Source: Centroscyllium fabricii
Lineage: Eukaryota
Reading direction: 5' to 3'
DNA length: 64,000 nucleotides
Assembly (NCBI GenBank): GCA_051313645.2
Contig: JBNRSN020000011.1
Span: 109,492,001 to 109,556,000 of the forward strand
A program made the translations under genes and the position numbers. Shown here piece by piece: positions 24,255 to 37,556 of the stretch (the stretch's first letter is position 1; each line of letters begins with the position of its first letter). The notes beneath the pieces are model-generated. The model did no database searches. It saw only the letters and a program-made list of their open reading frames with translations, and had not been told where the DNA came from.

Positions 24255-26450
24255 CCAATGTGCTATACCCCCTCCAAGGCCAATGTATGCTTCCTGATTG
24301 TAGAATCCAAAATTGAACAGTACTCCAGAGAGGGTCTGACTAAGGATCTTGCTTTCTCCCCTTTGCATTGCAGATCTCTTTTCAGGGCCAACATTTTATT
24401 ACCCTTTTTGATTACTTTTTGTACCTATGCACTAGCTTTTAGTGATTAGTTTACCTGGATGCCCAAATCCCTTTGCTTTTCCACACTTCTTAGTTTCTCA
24501 ACATTTAGAAAATATTCCAATTTGTATTTCTTGGATCCAAAGTAGATGGCCTCATGGTTCCCCAGATAGACCTTCATCTGCCATAGATTTGGCCACTCAC
24601 TTAAAATCGGTCGATGTCCCTTTGTAACTACTACTGCTAACTGCACAACTTACTGTGCCTCAGAACTTAATTTCATCTGCAAACTTAAATATACAATGCT
24701 CTATGGCTTCATCCAAGTTACAGATGTGTATGGTGAAAAGCGGAGGCCCCAGTACATATCCCTGCAGAACACCATTTGTCACATTTTGCCAATCAAGGTA
24801 TGTTCCCTTTATCCCTAGAAAAGCAGTGGCAAACATTTAAGGAGTATTTCATAACTCTCAGCAAAGATAGATTCCAGTGAAAAAGAAAGACTAAGAGAAG
24901 GATGAACCATCCGTGGCTAACTAAGGAAGTTAAGGATGGTATCAAATTGAAAACAAAAGCATACAATGTTGCAAAGAATAGTGGAAGGAAAGATGAGAGT
25001 AAGCTAGCAAGAAATATAAAAACGGACAGTAAAAGCTTCTACAGGTATATAAAAAGGAAGAGTAGTTAAAGTAAACATTGGTGGTCCCCCAGAGGATGAG
25101 TCTAGGGAATTAATAATGGGAAAACAGGGAAATGGCAGAGACTTTGAACAAATATTTTGTATCGGTCTTCACAGTAGAAGACACTAAAAGCATCCCAATA
25201 ATGGATAATCAAAGGGCTACTGGGGTTGGGGGGAAACTTAAAACAATCACCATCACTAGAGAGAAAATACTAGGCAAACTAATGGGACTAAAGGTGGACA
25301 AGTCCTCCTGGACCCAATGGCCTGCATCCTAGAGTCTTAAGAGGTTGTAGAGATAGTGGATGCATTGGTTGTAATCTGCCAAAATTCCCTGGATTCTGCA
25401 GAGGTCCCAGCGGACTGGAAAACCACAAATGTAACTCCCCTATTTAAGGGAGGAGGGAGACAGAAAGCAGGTAACTATCGACCAGTTAGCCTAACATCTG
25501 TCATTGGGAAAATGCTGGAGTCCATCATTAACAAAGTGGTAGCAGGACATTTAGAAAATCATAATATAGTCAAGCAGAGTCAGCATAGTTTTATGAAAGG
25601 GAAATCATGTTTGACAAATTTTCTGGAATTCTTTGACGATGTAATGAGCAGGGTGGACAAAGGGGGAACCAGTAGATGTCGTGTATTTGGATTTCCAAAA
25701 GGCATTCGATAAGGTGCCACATAAAAGGTTACTGGTTACTACACAAGATAAGAGCTCACGGGGTTGGGGGTAACATATTAGCATGGATAGAGGATTGGTT
25801 AACTAACAGAAAATCGAGATAATGGGTCATTTTCAGGTTAGCAAACTGTAACTAGTGGGGTGCCGCAGGGATCAGTGCTGGGGCCTCAACTACTTACAAT
25901 CTATATTAATGATTTGGATGAAGGGACCGAATGTAATGTAGCCAAACTTGATGATACAAAGATAGGTGGGAAAACAAAGTGTGGAGGACGCAAAGAATCT
26001 CCAAAGGGATATAGATAGGCTAAGTGAGTGGGCAAAAATCTGGCAGATGGAGTTTAATGTGGGAAAATGCAAGGTTTTCCACTTTGGTAGGAAAAATAAA
26101 AAAGCAAATTATTTATATAGGGAGAGATTACAAAATGCTGAGGTACAGAGGGATCTGGGGGTCATTGTACATGAATCACAAAAAGTTAGCATGCAGGTAC
26201 AGCAAGTCATTAGGAAGGCAAATGGAATTTTGGCCTTTATTGCAAAGGAATGGAGTATAAAAGTAGGAAACTCCTGTTACAACTTTACAGGGCATTGGTG
26301 AGACCACACCTGGAGTACTGCGTATACTTGCATTGGAGGCTATTCAGATAAGCTTCATGAGGTTGATTCCAGAGACAAAGGGGCTGTCTTATGAAGGAAG
26401 GTTGAGCAGGCTGGGCCTATACTCATTGGAGTTTAGAAGAATGAGAGGGA
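24255..26450. mobile_element. Adjacent CR1 fragments (24255-24815 minus; 24820-26450 plus)
   Basis: NYRPVSLTSVIGKMLESII, KSCLTNFLEFF, WAKIWQMEFNVGKC on plus. Reverse-strand RT fragment at left. Confidence 0.85.
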
Positions 26451-26954
26451 TGAGAAGTGATGACATTTTGCGATAGGAGCTGACAGTGACATTGTCCAAG
26501 TCTTAACTCTTGCCGTTATTGTCATTATCAATCTATTTGGGCTAACTGGCTGCTTCTAGAAGATTTTTCACAAAGATGGGTTAGGGGTGAAAATATTGTT
26601 AAAACTCTGCAGTAGTGTGGCACAATATCCATTTCATTATCAGACTGCAAACCTTTCAGGCTACTACGGTAAATGTAAAATTCTGCTGGACGCAGCATCT
26701 TGATTTCTATTGAAATAATCCAATTGTTACAAGTATCTTTCAGACAATATTGATTATATGTACTTTCCATACTAAAAGTTATAAATCTAAGTCTTCCAAG
26801 TAATGGTAACTAGCTACTGTCTAGTAATACGTCACCAGGAATTTTTTCCCAACCACTCTTTCTTGCAAGGTATCGAAAAGGAATAAAACAAGTCCTTTAA
26901 CTGACCATCTGGAATTCAAATCCAACATGAGTTTAAATAGCAATAAAAACTTAC

Positions 26955-27046
26955 ACTGTCGCTTACATCAGTCGACTTCCAACCTTTTAACTGCATTTGA
27001 GATATAGGAATTTGTAGCTCATTTTCTAAAATTTGCTTGATAGCAC
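26955..27046 (-). CDS. FAF1: FAF1 internal coding exon (UBL1; probably exon 5)
   Basis: ttttaatcttacAG|GT GCT ATC...GAC AGT|GTAAGT. 92 bp, (G)AIKQILENELQIPISQMQLKGWKSTDVSDS. Completes the split Gly codon of the previous exon. Too short for the ORF track. Confidence 0.95.
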
Positions 27047-27229
27047 CTGTAAGATTAAAAAACCATATTAATTCCAGCAAATATTCTAAGTATCATGGTA
27101 ATGTTGCAACTACTTAAACAAAACTCTCCTCTCCAATAATACATGATGTATACATATTTGCTACTCAGTACCGTTATCAAACAAGACCCATAATTTCCAT
27201 TCAAAATACAGCTCACAAAATAACTGGTA

Positions 27230-28883
27230 TTTATACAAAGAGGTGGGTTTTTTGGAGGGTTTTAAAATAAAAAGGGGAAGTAAATACCAGAATGTGGAGC
27301 CTAGGCAGCTGAAGGTACAGCCGTGTACAGTAGGGTGACAGGAGGGGGAGATGCACAAGAGGTCGGAGCGAGAGGAATGAAAGGTTTGGGAGAGGGGAAG
27401 TCACACTGGAATAAGTTACAGGGATAGGGAGAAGAGAGGCCATTGATGGATTTAAACAAAAGGATGAACATTTTAAATGAGGCACTGGGGGAACTGGGAG
27501 CCAATGCAGATCAGCGAGCACAGGAGTGATGGGAAAACAGAACTTGGTACAGAATAGGATAGGAGTGGCAGAGCGTTGAATGAGCCAAAATTTACAGTAT
27601 GAGGACGGAATGCAGGCCAAGAAAGCATTACAAGAGTCGATTCTGTAGCTGGCCAAGTCATCGATGATGGTTCCTGCAGCAGACAGACTGAGAGAAGGGC
27701 CCAGGTGGGTGATATTACGGAGGTAGAAGGTTGTGGCCTTTGAAGACGACGATATAGGGTCAGAAACTCAGCTTTCACTCCAAGGTTTTGAACAGTCTGA
27801 TTCAGCCTGAAAGTGACTGGAGGGGGGATAGAACTGGGTCCAACACGACAAATTCATTCTTCCCAATGTTTGCTTGGAAGAAATTACAGCTCATTCAAGA
27901 CTGAATGTTGGACAAAGCATTCTGACAACACTGAGGCAGTTGCGGGGGGGGGGGGGGGGGTGGTAAAGAGTTGGGGTGTCATCAGCATATGTCTGGAAGC
28001 TGACCCCATATCTGCAAATGTGTTGCCAAGGGACAACATTCAGATGAGGAAGTGGAAGCGACCAAGGATGGTTCCATCGAGACGTCCTGAGGTAAAGGTA
28101 GGCAGCTGGGAAGGTAACCCATGGCAACAAATGCTCTTGCAACAATAGGATATCTAAGAATGGAACCAAGGGAGGTCTGTTCCACCAAGTCGAACAGACT
28201 GCAGGCTTTGAAGAATGCTGATGTGGCTAAACGTGTTAAAAACTGTAGAGTGGTCGATGTGGACAAAGAGATAATCCCCCATAGTCCCAGTCAGAGAATG
28301 TTGTTAGTCACGTTGGTTAGGGCCATTGTGGTGCTGTGGTAAGGGCAAAGACCCGATTAGCGGGTTCCAATCAGGGAGTTGGGGGAGGTACAAGTAGAGA
28401 TCTGAGAGGCGACAGACATTCAAGGACTTGAGAGACACGGGAGGTTGGAGATGGGGCTGCAGTTTGCATGGATAGAGGGATCGAACGTAGCTTTTTTTTT
28501 TTAAATGGGGTTGATAACTAGTTGCAGTTTTGAAAGAGGTGGACAATGGCCAAGGAGAAGGAACCATTTAGAATGTCAGCCAGCTAGGAAGGGAAGTTGG
28601 TCAGCAGTGTAGTGGGAGTGGAGTCGAAAGAACAGAAGGTGGGTCTCAAGGATGAAATGAGCTTTGAGGGGGCATGGTGAAAATGTAAAAATACTGGAGA
28701 GAGACAGGGGGGGGGGGGGGCGGGTCAGGGCAAGGTTAAGACGGAGCCTGGGGATGGTTTGGTTTTGTGGACAATGGAAAAGTGAAACAGCAGCGGCAAC
28801 CGAACATCTGTTCTTTTAAATCTTGGTGACAAAGTAGTCCATGAGTTCTTTGCACTCGTTGTTCGAGGTGATGATGCAAGGGG
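27230..28883 (-). mobile_element. Degenerate L2 LINE
   Basis: GVSFQTYADDT, RIDSCNAFLA, ITPVLADLHWLPV. Confidence 0.82.
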
Positions 28884-30328
28884 CAGGGTGCTACAAAACA
28901 TTTTTTTTTCACTTGCCCAGTTGGGCAAGTGGATTTCTGAAACACTTACCCGAACACAAATTTTACTTGCCCGAAATTATTAAAGAAATAAATAAAGATA
29001 TTACACTTTTATTAAAATGCTTCAATATAAAGCCAGAGATTGTGATTGTGCCTTTAGTTGCATTGGCCTGGTTTCTGCCCCTCTCTGCCAGGGTCTCTCT
29101 CTCTCTCTCTCTCTCTCTACTCTGCACATTCTTCCCTCATTTACCAAACTTTCTGTGAAGCCTCCGCAGGCCGCGGGCTCCCTCACTCTCTCTGCCTACA
29201 TTTCTCGAGCAGCCGCTCCAGTTTTTTCTCTCGCCCTCAGCGGGTCGACGGCACCGACCCACTCTTGCCGCGCGCCACCAGCCCGCTCCACCTAACCCGA
29301 CTGCTGCCCCGTCCCGATTGACACGCCGCCTCCTACAATCCCCGCCGCACCGCCCAGCCCCGCCGGCCATTTCGTACCCGTCTCCAGGGCGGGATCCACC
29401 CACCTGTGCCCGTGGCCTCGACCATTGAGCGGGCAAGCGGTTTTGTCGTGCCCTGGACTGTCCCTGGATTCGGTCTCTGGGTGTCAGTGTCTCTGAACCT
29501 CACAAAGGGATTGAACCCGGCGCTCGGACACTCCCAGCTGCCTGGAAGAGGAGGAACACCAGCGCCTCTCAAAGGGTCCCAACCCGAAACATCGACTCCA
29601 CACCTCTCTCCCCCCCGATGCTGCCTGGCCGGGCGAGCCCCCCGCCATGCTGCCGGGCTCGCCGAGTCGCCCCCCCTACACCGCGATGCAGCCGGGCGCG
29701 CCAAGTCACTACCCCCCGGATGCTGCCGGGCTCACCGAGTCGCTCCCCCCCTCGATGCAGCCGGGCCTGCCGAGTCGCTACCCCCCGGATGCTGCCGGGC
29801 CTGCTGAGTCGCCCCCCCCCCCCGCCCCGATGCTGCCGGGCCCGCGAGCCCCTCACCCCGATGATGCCGGGCCCACCGAGTCGCTACCCCCCGGATGCTG
29901 CCGGGCCCGCAGAGTCGCCCCCCCCCCGGATGCTGCCGGGCCTGCCGAGCCCCCCTGGGTCCCCTCTGCTGCAGACGCAGTGAAGTGAAAGACAGGTCGG
30001 ATCCAGTGAAACGCCGGCCTCACTTCACTGCTGGTTCGAACGAGCTATGATTGGCCGAGCACGGGCAGGGGGCGGGGCGCAGGGCGGAGCGTGAGAAAAT
30101 TGCCGGGCTGTGATTGGCCAAGTTCGGGCAGGGCAGATTTGGAAACCCATCGGCCGAGGCGTGCCCGGCTCCCCGCCAATCCGCACCTGCCTCCAAGGTG
30201 GCATCCACCTACCCGCTCCCATGGCCTCGATCACTTGCCCAGTCGGGCAAGTAAGATTTTGATTTACTTGCCCGGCGGCGCATTTTACTTGCCCCGGGCA
30301 ATCGGGTTTGTCGGTTTGTCGCGCCCTG
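28884..30328. mobile_element. Non-autonomous hAT-like DNA transposon with GC-rich minisatellite
   Basis: TIR CAGGGTGCTACAAA / TTTGTCGCGCCCTG. Flanking direct repeat (G)CAAGGGG of 7-8 bp. Repeated subterminal ACTTGCCC motifs at both ends. Confidence 0.82.
29612..29956. repeat. GC-rich minisatellite, ~30-bp unit GATGCTGCCGGGCCTGCCGAGTCGC-C(n)
   Basis: About 10 variable tandem units inside the hAT-like element. Confidence 0.88.
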
Positions 30329-32418
30329 CAAGGGGCCAGGAAAGAGAGATCGGTTTTATGAGGCTGTTGGTAATGGGGGGTGGGGGGGGGGGAAAGAGAA
30401 ACCTCAGGGGCTATTCATGCTCTGCACAATGATTCGATAGCAGGTGGTTTTGCCAGAGAGCCAACCAGTCCCACCATATTACTAAAAAGTTCTACATTAA
30501 TCAGAACTTTAATGCAGAACTTCTCTCCAAGCTCAAAGTTTAATACAGTCCTTCTAGACATTTGTTATTTGAATATAAATTGTTTTGCTTTTAATGTCTG
30601 TTTGAGTTTTAACAAATGAAAGAAACACAGATCATGCAAGAATTTAGAATACATTACAAACCAGAAGAGAAAAAAACCTGACCAAATTCAGTGGATAGAT
30701 TCATTTATCGCACATATAACTTGCTGTAAACATACTCTGAATACAATAGCCTCATTTTTACAGGAAAATCACCTTAGAAAAAGTTTAAGAGTACGTGCTT
30801 TAACAATTGACATTTCACACCATTTCAAGGATTTACTTTCGTTACTCATCAAAATGGTTTTCCTGTTGTTAGTCCTGTCAATGCTTCTTTAATGTTGGAA
30901 ATATAATTTGGGCGGAGATGGGACTTAAGCCCAGCAAGTCCAGGCACATCATCTGGGAGTTGTAAACACAGATGCATGCTGGCACATCCAATCTGATATA
31001 TTCTTACATCTTTTCAGCTGGCTGAGCGAAACCTCTGGGAATTCCCATGAACCCAAGCCACAGGCTTCTCAGACAGAAAAAGTCATACCAAATGTTATTG
31101 TATAGTAAAGTTTAATTTTATTGCTGCAAGTAAAGTTTAATTTTATTGCTGCAAGTTTTAAAATTTTATTTGCATTATCATGTTAAAACTTTATTTCTCG
31201 TACTAAGTGAAACTGCTAATGAATGATCAAGAATGGGTTTTCAGAAAATATATGAAAGTTTGTATTTATGAATGTACAAGAGGACATGTAAAGACCAGGT
31301 AGTCCATCAAGCCGGTCGTATATGATCATGGTGTAACTTCTGCACAATATTCTTGCCCCCTCCCCTCTTACGCAAGCAAACTCCTCAGGTGAAAAAGCCG
31401 TAGACCAATCTTGGAAATTCCTGTCAAACCTCCAAAGCTGACCAAACAAGTTCCAGGAAACCATGATGACTGGGAGACATTCCCAATACCCATGAACCTT
31501 CCATATGCAGTTATGTCTGCCACACTCAGAAACCTGGCCAACTCTCTGAACACTTGCAGCAGACAGTCACAACATGCGCTGCAACATGTCCCAGAAGTTA
31601 ATGATCCACTGCAAAAAGTACCTCCAAACAAGTTCTACGCTTACGTAACTTATACTTGTGTCCTCTACTCCTCCCTAACCTATCTAGCTCATACAGCCTA
31701 TTAATATGGACCATGTCTAATCCTTTCATTATTTTAACGACTGCAAGAAAATTTGATCGAAGTTCTTCCTTGTGTAAAAATTCCTGGCCTCACATTTCCC
31801 ATTCCATCTCGTTCAAACCTCAAACAAAAAGCAAGGGACCTAGTACTGAGCCCTGCGGAACCCACTGGAAACAGCCTTCCAGTCACAAAGTCGACCATTA
31901 CCCTTTGCTTCCTGCCACCAAACCACTTGCCACTTTCCCTTGGATCCCATGGGATTTTACTATTCTGACCAGACTGCCATGTGGGACCATGTCAAAAGCC
32001 TTGCTAAAATCCATGCAGACTACATCAAACGCATTACCCTCATCGACCCTCCTTGTTACCTCCTCCAAAAATTCAATCAAGTTAGTCAGACACGACTTTC
32101 TCAACAAATCCATGCTGACTGTCCTGGATTAATCTGCCTTTCTAAATGACGATTAATATTGTCCCTCAGAATTTTTTCCAATAATTTGCCCACCACCGAG
32201 GTTAGACTGACTGATCTGCAATTACTCAGTCTAACCCTTTCTCCCTCTTTAAACAATGGTACAACGTTAGCAATCATTCAGTCCTCCAGCACCACACCTC
32301 TAGCCAGAGAGGATTGAAAAATTATGGTCAGAGTCTCCGCTATTCCCTCTTTTGCTACTCTTAACAGCCTGGGATACATTTAATCTGAACCTGGCAATTT
32401 ATCTGTTTTGAATTATAC

Positions 32419-32701
32419 TGTGGGGAACAGTAGTTTCCCACTCTTTAAATATTAAGAAACGGAGGAAATCAGCGGAGCAAATTCAAACAAGTCTTTATTC
32501 AACTCTATCCACGCAGAACTAACTAGAAAACGTCGCAAAAATGCAAAGCATCGTGGGGCTCGAGTGACAGCCCGCCGGACCAGTCAAGGACAGTAACCGT
32601 TGATCAAACTTATCCAATGGGGAAACGGGGGCGGGACCACTCGGGAAATATGGATTCTGTGTCCGAGACCACCGGATTGTCTCTCGAGTGGCTACGCGAC
32701 A
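32419..32701 (-). repeat. Gypsy 3' LTR, preceded on the minus strand by PPT GAGGATTCTGGGGGGTGTG
   Basis: Direct repeat of 36553-36829. AATAAA present on the minus strand. Confidence 0.92.
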
Positions 32702-32718
32702 CACACCCCCCAGAATCC

Positions 32719-35700
32719 TCATACACATGGTACGTCAACCTCCGAGGAGGCATGATAAGGCGGCCGCAACGAGTGCGTTAGGCCGCCGGTGCAGGAGGGG
32801 ACACCGGGGAGTCGTGGACAGGACTGGGAGATAACTGCGCCACAGGAGCAAAAGGAGGCGAAACTGGGGGAGAAACTGCAACCGGAGCTGTACCCGGGGG
32901 CGTATATACTGTGGGACCCGCCGGGGGTACGCTCGGGGAAAAAGAAGCTCTCCTGGTGCGGGGCCAGGGAAGGCTGTTCCTGCAAGGTGGGGTCCAAGTG
33001 GGCCGGTTTAAGACAGTCGATAGACACGCGGTCCTGTCGGCCCCCAACCGCCAGGAGAAAAGACTTGTCACCAGCCTCCAGCACCCTGAAAGGGCCAGTG
33101 TATAGCGCCTGCAAGGGGGTTCTGTGGGCGTCACGACACACAAAGACAAATTGTGCCCGACGGAGCTCAGTAGGTATGTGGGACGACCGGGCACCATGCC
33201 GAGAAGTGGGTACAGGGAGGAAACGGTGCGCGGTGTCGTTGTGCCGGGCGAGTTGCTCACCGGCTGACCAAGGGTCGGTGGTGGAGGGAAGGAACTCTCC
33301 TGGAACACACAAAGGCTGTCCAAAAACGAGTTCGGCGGATGAAACGCCGAGGTCGTCCATGGGCGCAGATCGCAACCCCAGCAAAACCCAAGGAAGCCTG
33401 TCCAACCAATTGGCGTCAACCAAGCGAGCTCGGAGTGAAGCTTTAAGGGCGCGGTGGAAGCGTTCGCAAATGCCATTAGCCTGCGGGTGGTACACAGTTG
33501 TGCAGTGCACTTGCGTACCCAGGCCAGTGGCAACTGCGCTCCAGAGCAGAGAGGTAAACTGCGGGCCCCTGTCGGAAGTGATGTCAGATGGTACCCCAAA
33601 CCGGGCCACACAAAAAAAAATGAAGGCACGTGCCACGTCGGCCGTAGTGGTGGAAGAAACAGGTACGACCTCTGGCCACCTAGTGGTGCGGTCTACGACA
33701 GTAAGGAGATGGGTGAAACCCCGCGATGGGGGCAATGGGCCCACCAGGTCAACATGGACATGATCAAAGCGCTGCTCGGGCACCGGAAACTTTTGCAAGG
33801 GAGCTTTGGTATGCTGATGGACCTTGGCGCGCTGACAGTCCTTCTGTACATTTTTAGGCAGGCCCAGCCAAACGAATTTGGCGGACAAAAGCTTCTGAGA
33901 AGCCCGCATTCCCGTGTGTGAGAGGCCATGGACCAACTCGAAAATACGCCTGCGCCAGGAGGTAAGCACCAAGGGCCTAAGGTGGAGACGGACACGTCAC
34001 ACAGAAGGGTCGTGCCGGCGGCCAGAAAATGGACGTCTGCTAGAGTCAGGCTGGTGGACGCGGCACGAAGAGCCTGCAGCTCAGTGTCCACTCACTGGGC
34101 GCATGCCATTTCAGCGTAATCAACACCAATGTGGACTGCATAGAGGGAAGGACGGGACAGGCAGTCCGCAACGACATTATCTTTAACGGACACGTGGCGA
34201 ATATCCGTCGTAAACTCAGAAATGAAATTCAGGTGGCGCTGTTGGCGACCTGACCAAGGCTCTGAGACTTTGGACATGGCAAAAATGAGGGGTCTATGGT
34301 CCACGTAGGCCGTAAAAGGACGGCCTTCTAAAACGAAAATACCACACCGCGAGAAGAGCTAGCAGTTCTCAATCGAACGTGCTATACGAGAGCTCATTTT
34401 TCCGCAGTTGGCGGCTAAAAAAGGCGAGGGGCTATCAGGCACAGTCAACCCACTGCTGCTGAACGGCGCCAATGGCATGATCCGAGGCATCCGTCGTGAG
34501 CGACAGTGGAGCATCCGGAATGGGATAGGTAAAAAGGGTGGCTTCAGCCAAAGCCGATTTACCGAGGCGAAAAGCATCAACAATATCGGCCGAACACTGA
34601 AGACTATCCTTGCCCGTCATGCCCCTGGTAGCTTCGTACAGGGGGCGCATGATGGAGGCTGCCTTGGGAATGAATCGGTGATAAAAAAATTAACCATTCC
34701 CAGGAATTCCTGTAGTGACCTGACCGAGTTAGGCTGGGGAAAGTCCACGACCGCCTGCACCTTAGAGCACAAAGGGATAGCTCCCGCCGGGGAGATAGAA
34801 AATCAATTTCAGGGCGGCCAAATTGGCATTTAATTGGGTTAACAATTAGACCGTGATGGGCCAATCTCTGAGAGAGAGCGCGCAGGTGCATTACATGTTG
34901 AGATTCGTTAGCACTAGCAACCAAAATATCGTCAAGATATACAAACAAAAGTCCGAGTCCCGAAGGACAGAGTCTATCAACTGTTGGAAAACCTGCGCCG
35001 CGTTCTTTAACCCAAAGGGCATGCGCAGGAATTCAAGAAGTCCGAATGGTGTAATAACGGCTGTCTTTTGGATGTCAACCGGATGGACCGGGACCTGGTG
35101 ATACCCTCGGACGAGGTCGACTTTCAAAAAAATGGTAGTGCCCGCCAAATGGGCCGAAAAGTCTTGAATATGTGGCACCGGGTATCTGTCCGGCGTGGTG
35201 GTGTCGTTAAGGCGCCGGTTGTCACCACACGGCTGCCAGCCGCCTCCAGGCTTGGGGATGATGTGGAGTGGGGACGACCACGGGCTGTTGGACGGTCAAA
35301 TGATCACTAACTTCTCCATGGCCGAGAATTCCTGCTTGGCCACCGCCATCTTTGTAGGGTCGAGGCGTGTTTGGCCGACACATCGGAAAAGGTTGGCTGC
35401 ATGATGGCCGGGAACTCTGCCCGGAGGAGAGCAGGAGCTTATGAGGGGTTGGCCATCACTTCGCTGGCAGGGGAACGATGCGAAGGTAGATGCATCCATC
35501 AGACGTCTGCCCCGGACATCCACGAGCAGGCCGTGGGCACACAGGAAATCCGCGCCCAGCAATGGACGTGCTATATTGGCCGTGACAAAATCCCAGGCAA
35601 ATCGTTGGTCACCCAGTCGGATTTCCTCTCACCTCTTACCGAACGTGGCTATTGCTGCGCCATTCACTGCCACGAGGAGTGGGCCGCTGCGGCCGGAACA

Positions 35701-36538
35701 TCGATCGGAGCGCATGGCCGGTAAGATGCCGAGCTGGGCCCCTGTGTCGCAGAGGAATTGCTGCCCGGCCAGAGAGTCTGTAACATACAGCAGCTGACCT
35801 GCTGTGCCCTTGTCGTTAGCAGCGGCTGGTCCTTGGCGGCGATGCTGGCTCGGAGCATTGGGTTTGGGTTGGGCCACCTTGCCGTCGAAGGAACAAGGTG
35901 GTCGGCAGCGGTGGGCCTTCGGGCCGGAACGTGCATGATAATAGCAAAGCTCTGGCTGTGGTCGAGGCGTTGGTTGCGGCATAGGGGCTGGGGGCCTTGT
36001 AGTTGCGCATGTGGCGGGCGTACACAGGCAGACGCGGTCCGCGGCGGTGGCCAAATCGGCATAGTCCCCGCCTTTAATGTTCGCTAATGCGGATTGCACT
36101 GGCTGCGGAAGCAGGTTGATGAAGAGTGCCCGGAACAAAGGGCAGTCCTTGTGGTCGCCAAGCAGGGCGAGCATACGGTTCATCAAGCGTGTGGGCGTGG
36201 AATCACTGAGAACCGGGAGTTCGAGAAGTTGCCGGGCCCGCACGGCCTCCGGTAGGTCGTGGGCCTGAAACAGTCGCTTCTTGACGGCAACGTACCTGTC
36301 GGCGGGTCCCGGAGCAGGTTGACAATGTCGGCGGCAACGTGGCTTGGCAGGGCTGCAACGACGAGGAGATAGCGGTCCTTATCGTGAGTGATGCGTCTTA
36401 ATCGAACTGTGCCTCCGTTTGAATGAACCAAGCGGCTGCTTGGTGTTCCCAAAAGGCAGGGAGACTGGTAGTCGACGGCCGTTCGTGTTGGTCAGCCACG
36501 GCGGGCGTGTTCGGGTCAGCGTTCGCTGCGTCTGACAT
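32719..36538 (-). pseudogene. Gypsy gag-pol, disrupted
   Basis: Gag LPAFWEHQAAAWFIQTEAQF and CYYHARSGPKAHRCRPPC; protease FLCDTGA; RT TPFGLLEFLRMPFGLKNAAQVFQ and YLDDILVAS; RNase H TTDASDHAIGAV and DHRPL; integrase HVHVDLVGPLP...TSDRGPQF...GICERFHR. Confidence 0.92.
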
Positions 36539-36550
36539 TCGGGGTCACCA
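36539..36550 (-). other. Primer-binding site complementary to tRNA-Trp
   Basis: TGGTGACCCCGA 2 nt after the 5' LTR. The putative gag ATG follows at 36538. Confidence 0.85.
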
Positions 36551-36552
36551 AT

Positions 36553-36829
36553 TGTGGGGAACAGTAGTTTCCCACTCTTTAAATATTAAGAAACGGAGGA
36601 AAACAGCGGAGCAAATTCAAACAAGTCTTTATTCAACTCTATCCATGCAGAACTAACTAGAAAATGTCGTGAAAACACAAAGCATCATGGGGCTCTTGAG
36701 TGACAGCCCTCCGGATCAGTCAGGGACCGTAACCGCTGATCCAATCGGGAAATGGGGGCAGGACCAATCGGGAAATGTGGATTCTGTGTCCCAGAGAGAC
36801 CGGATTGTCTCTCGAGTGGCTACGCTACA
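36553..36829 (-). repeat. Gypsy 5' LTR
   Basis: Direct repeat of 32419-32701, followed on the minus strand by AT plus PBS. Confidence 0.92.
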
Positions 36830-37556
36830 ATACTAAACCCTGTAATATTTCCTCTCATCTATTATTTCACAGTCCTCCTCCTGAACTACAATGTCTGCAT
36901 CGTCCCTTTTTTTTGTGAAGGCAGGCGCAAAATATTCATTAAGAACCACACTCACGTCTTACGCCTCAATACACAGGTTACCTTTTTGGGCTCTATTAGA
37001 CCCTACTCTTTCTTTAGTTATTCGCTCTTTATGTATTTATAAAATATCTTTGGGTTCTCCTTGATTTTAACTTGTCAATATTTTTTGCTTTCCTAATATC
37101 CTTTTTAATTTCACCACTGCACTTTCTATACTCCTCCAGGTTTTCTGTAGTATTTAACTCTCAGTATGTAGCCTTATCCTACCCAATCTGACCCTTGACA
37201 TCCAGGGGGCTCTAGATTTGTGATTCCCTCCCTTTTTCTTTGTGGGAACATATTTGCTCTGAACCTTCACTATCTCCTCCTTGAACGCCTCCCACTGCTC
37301 TGACGTTGACCTACATTTAAGTAGCTGCTTCCAGTCCACTTTTGTTAAATCACACCTCAGCTTAGTAAAATTGGCATTTCCCCAATTGAGGAGAACTTTT
37401 ACTCCTGGGCTATCGATGTCCTTTTCCATAACTATGCTAAATCTAACTGAATGTTGTTCACTACCACCAAAATGCTTTCCCACTGAAATCCTTCCACCTG
37501 CCCAGCTTCATTCCCTAAAACTTAGCCCAGAACCGCCTTGTTGGGCTTGCTACATA

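Larger units (their letters stand above)
32419..36829 (-). mobile_element. Full-length degenerate Ty3/Gypsy LTR retrotransposon, CsRn1/Kabuki-like
   Basis: Two TG...CA LTRs (32419-32701, 36553-36829), TSD ATAC (32415-32418, 36830-36833), PBS, PPT, and gag-PR-RT-RH-IN order with several frameshifts and internal deletions. Confidence 0.95.

Noticed and set aside
29058-29988. Many overlapping Pro/Arg/Gly-rich ORFs
   Set aside because: Translation of a GC-rich minisatellite lacking stops in most frames.
32789-33763. 324-aa plus-strand ORF
   Set aside because: Antisense shadow of the GC-rich Gypsy integrase frame.
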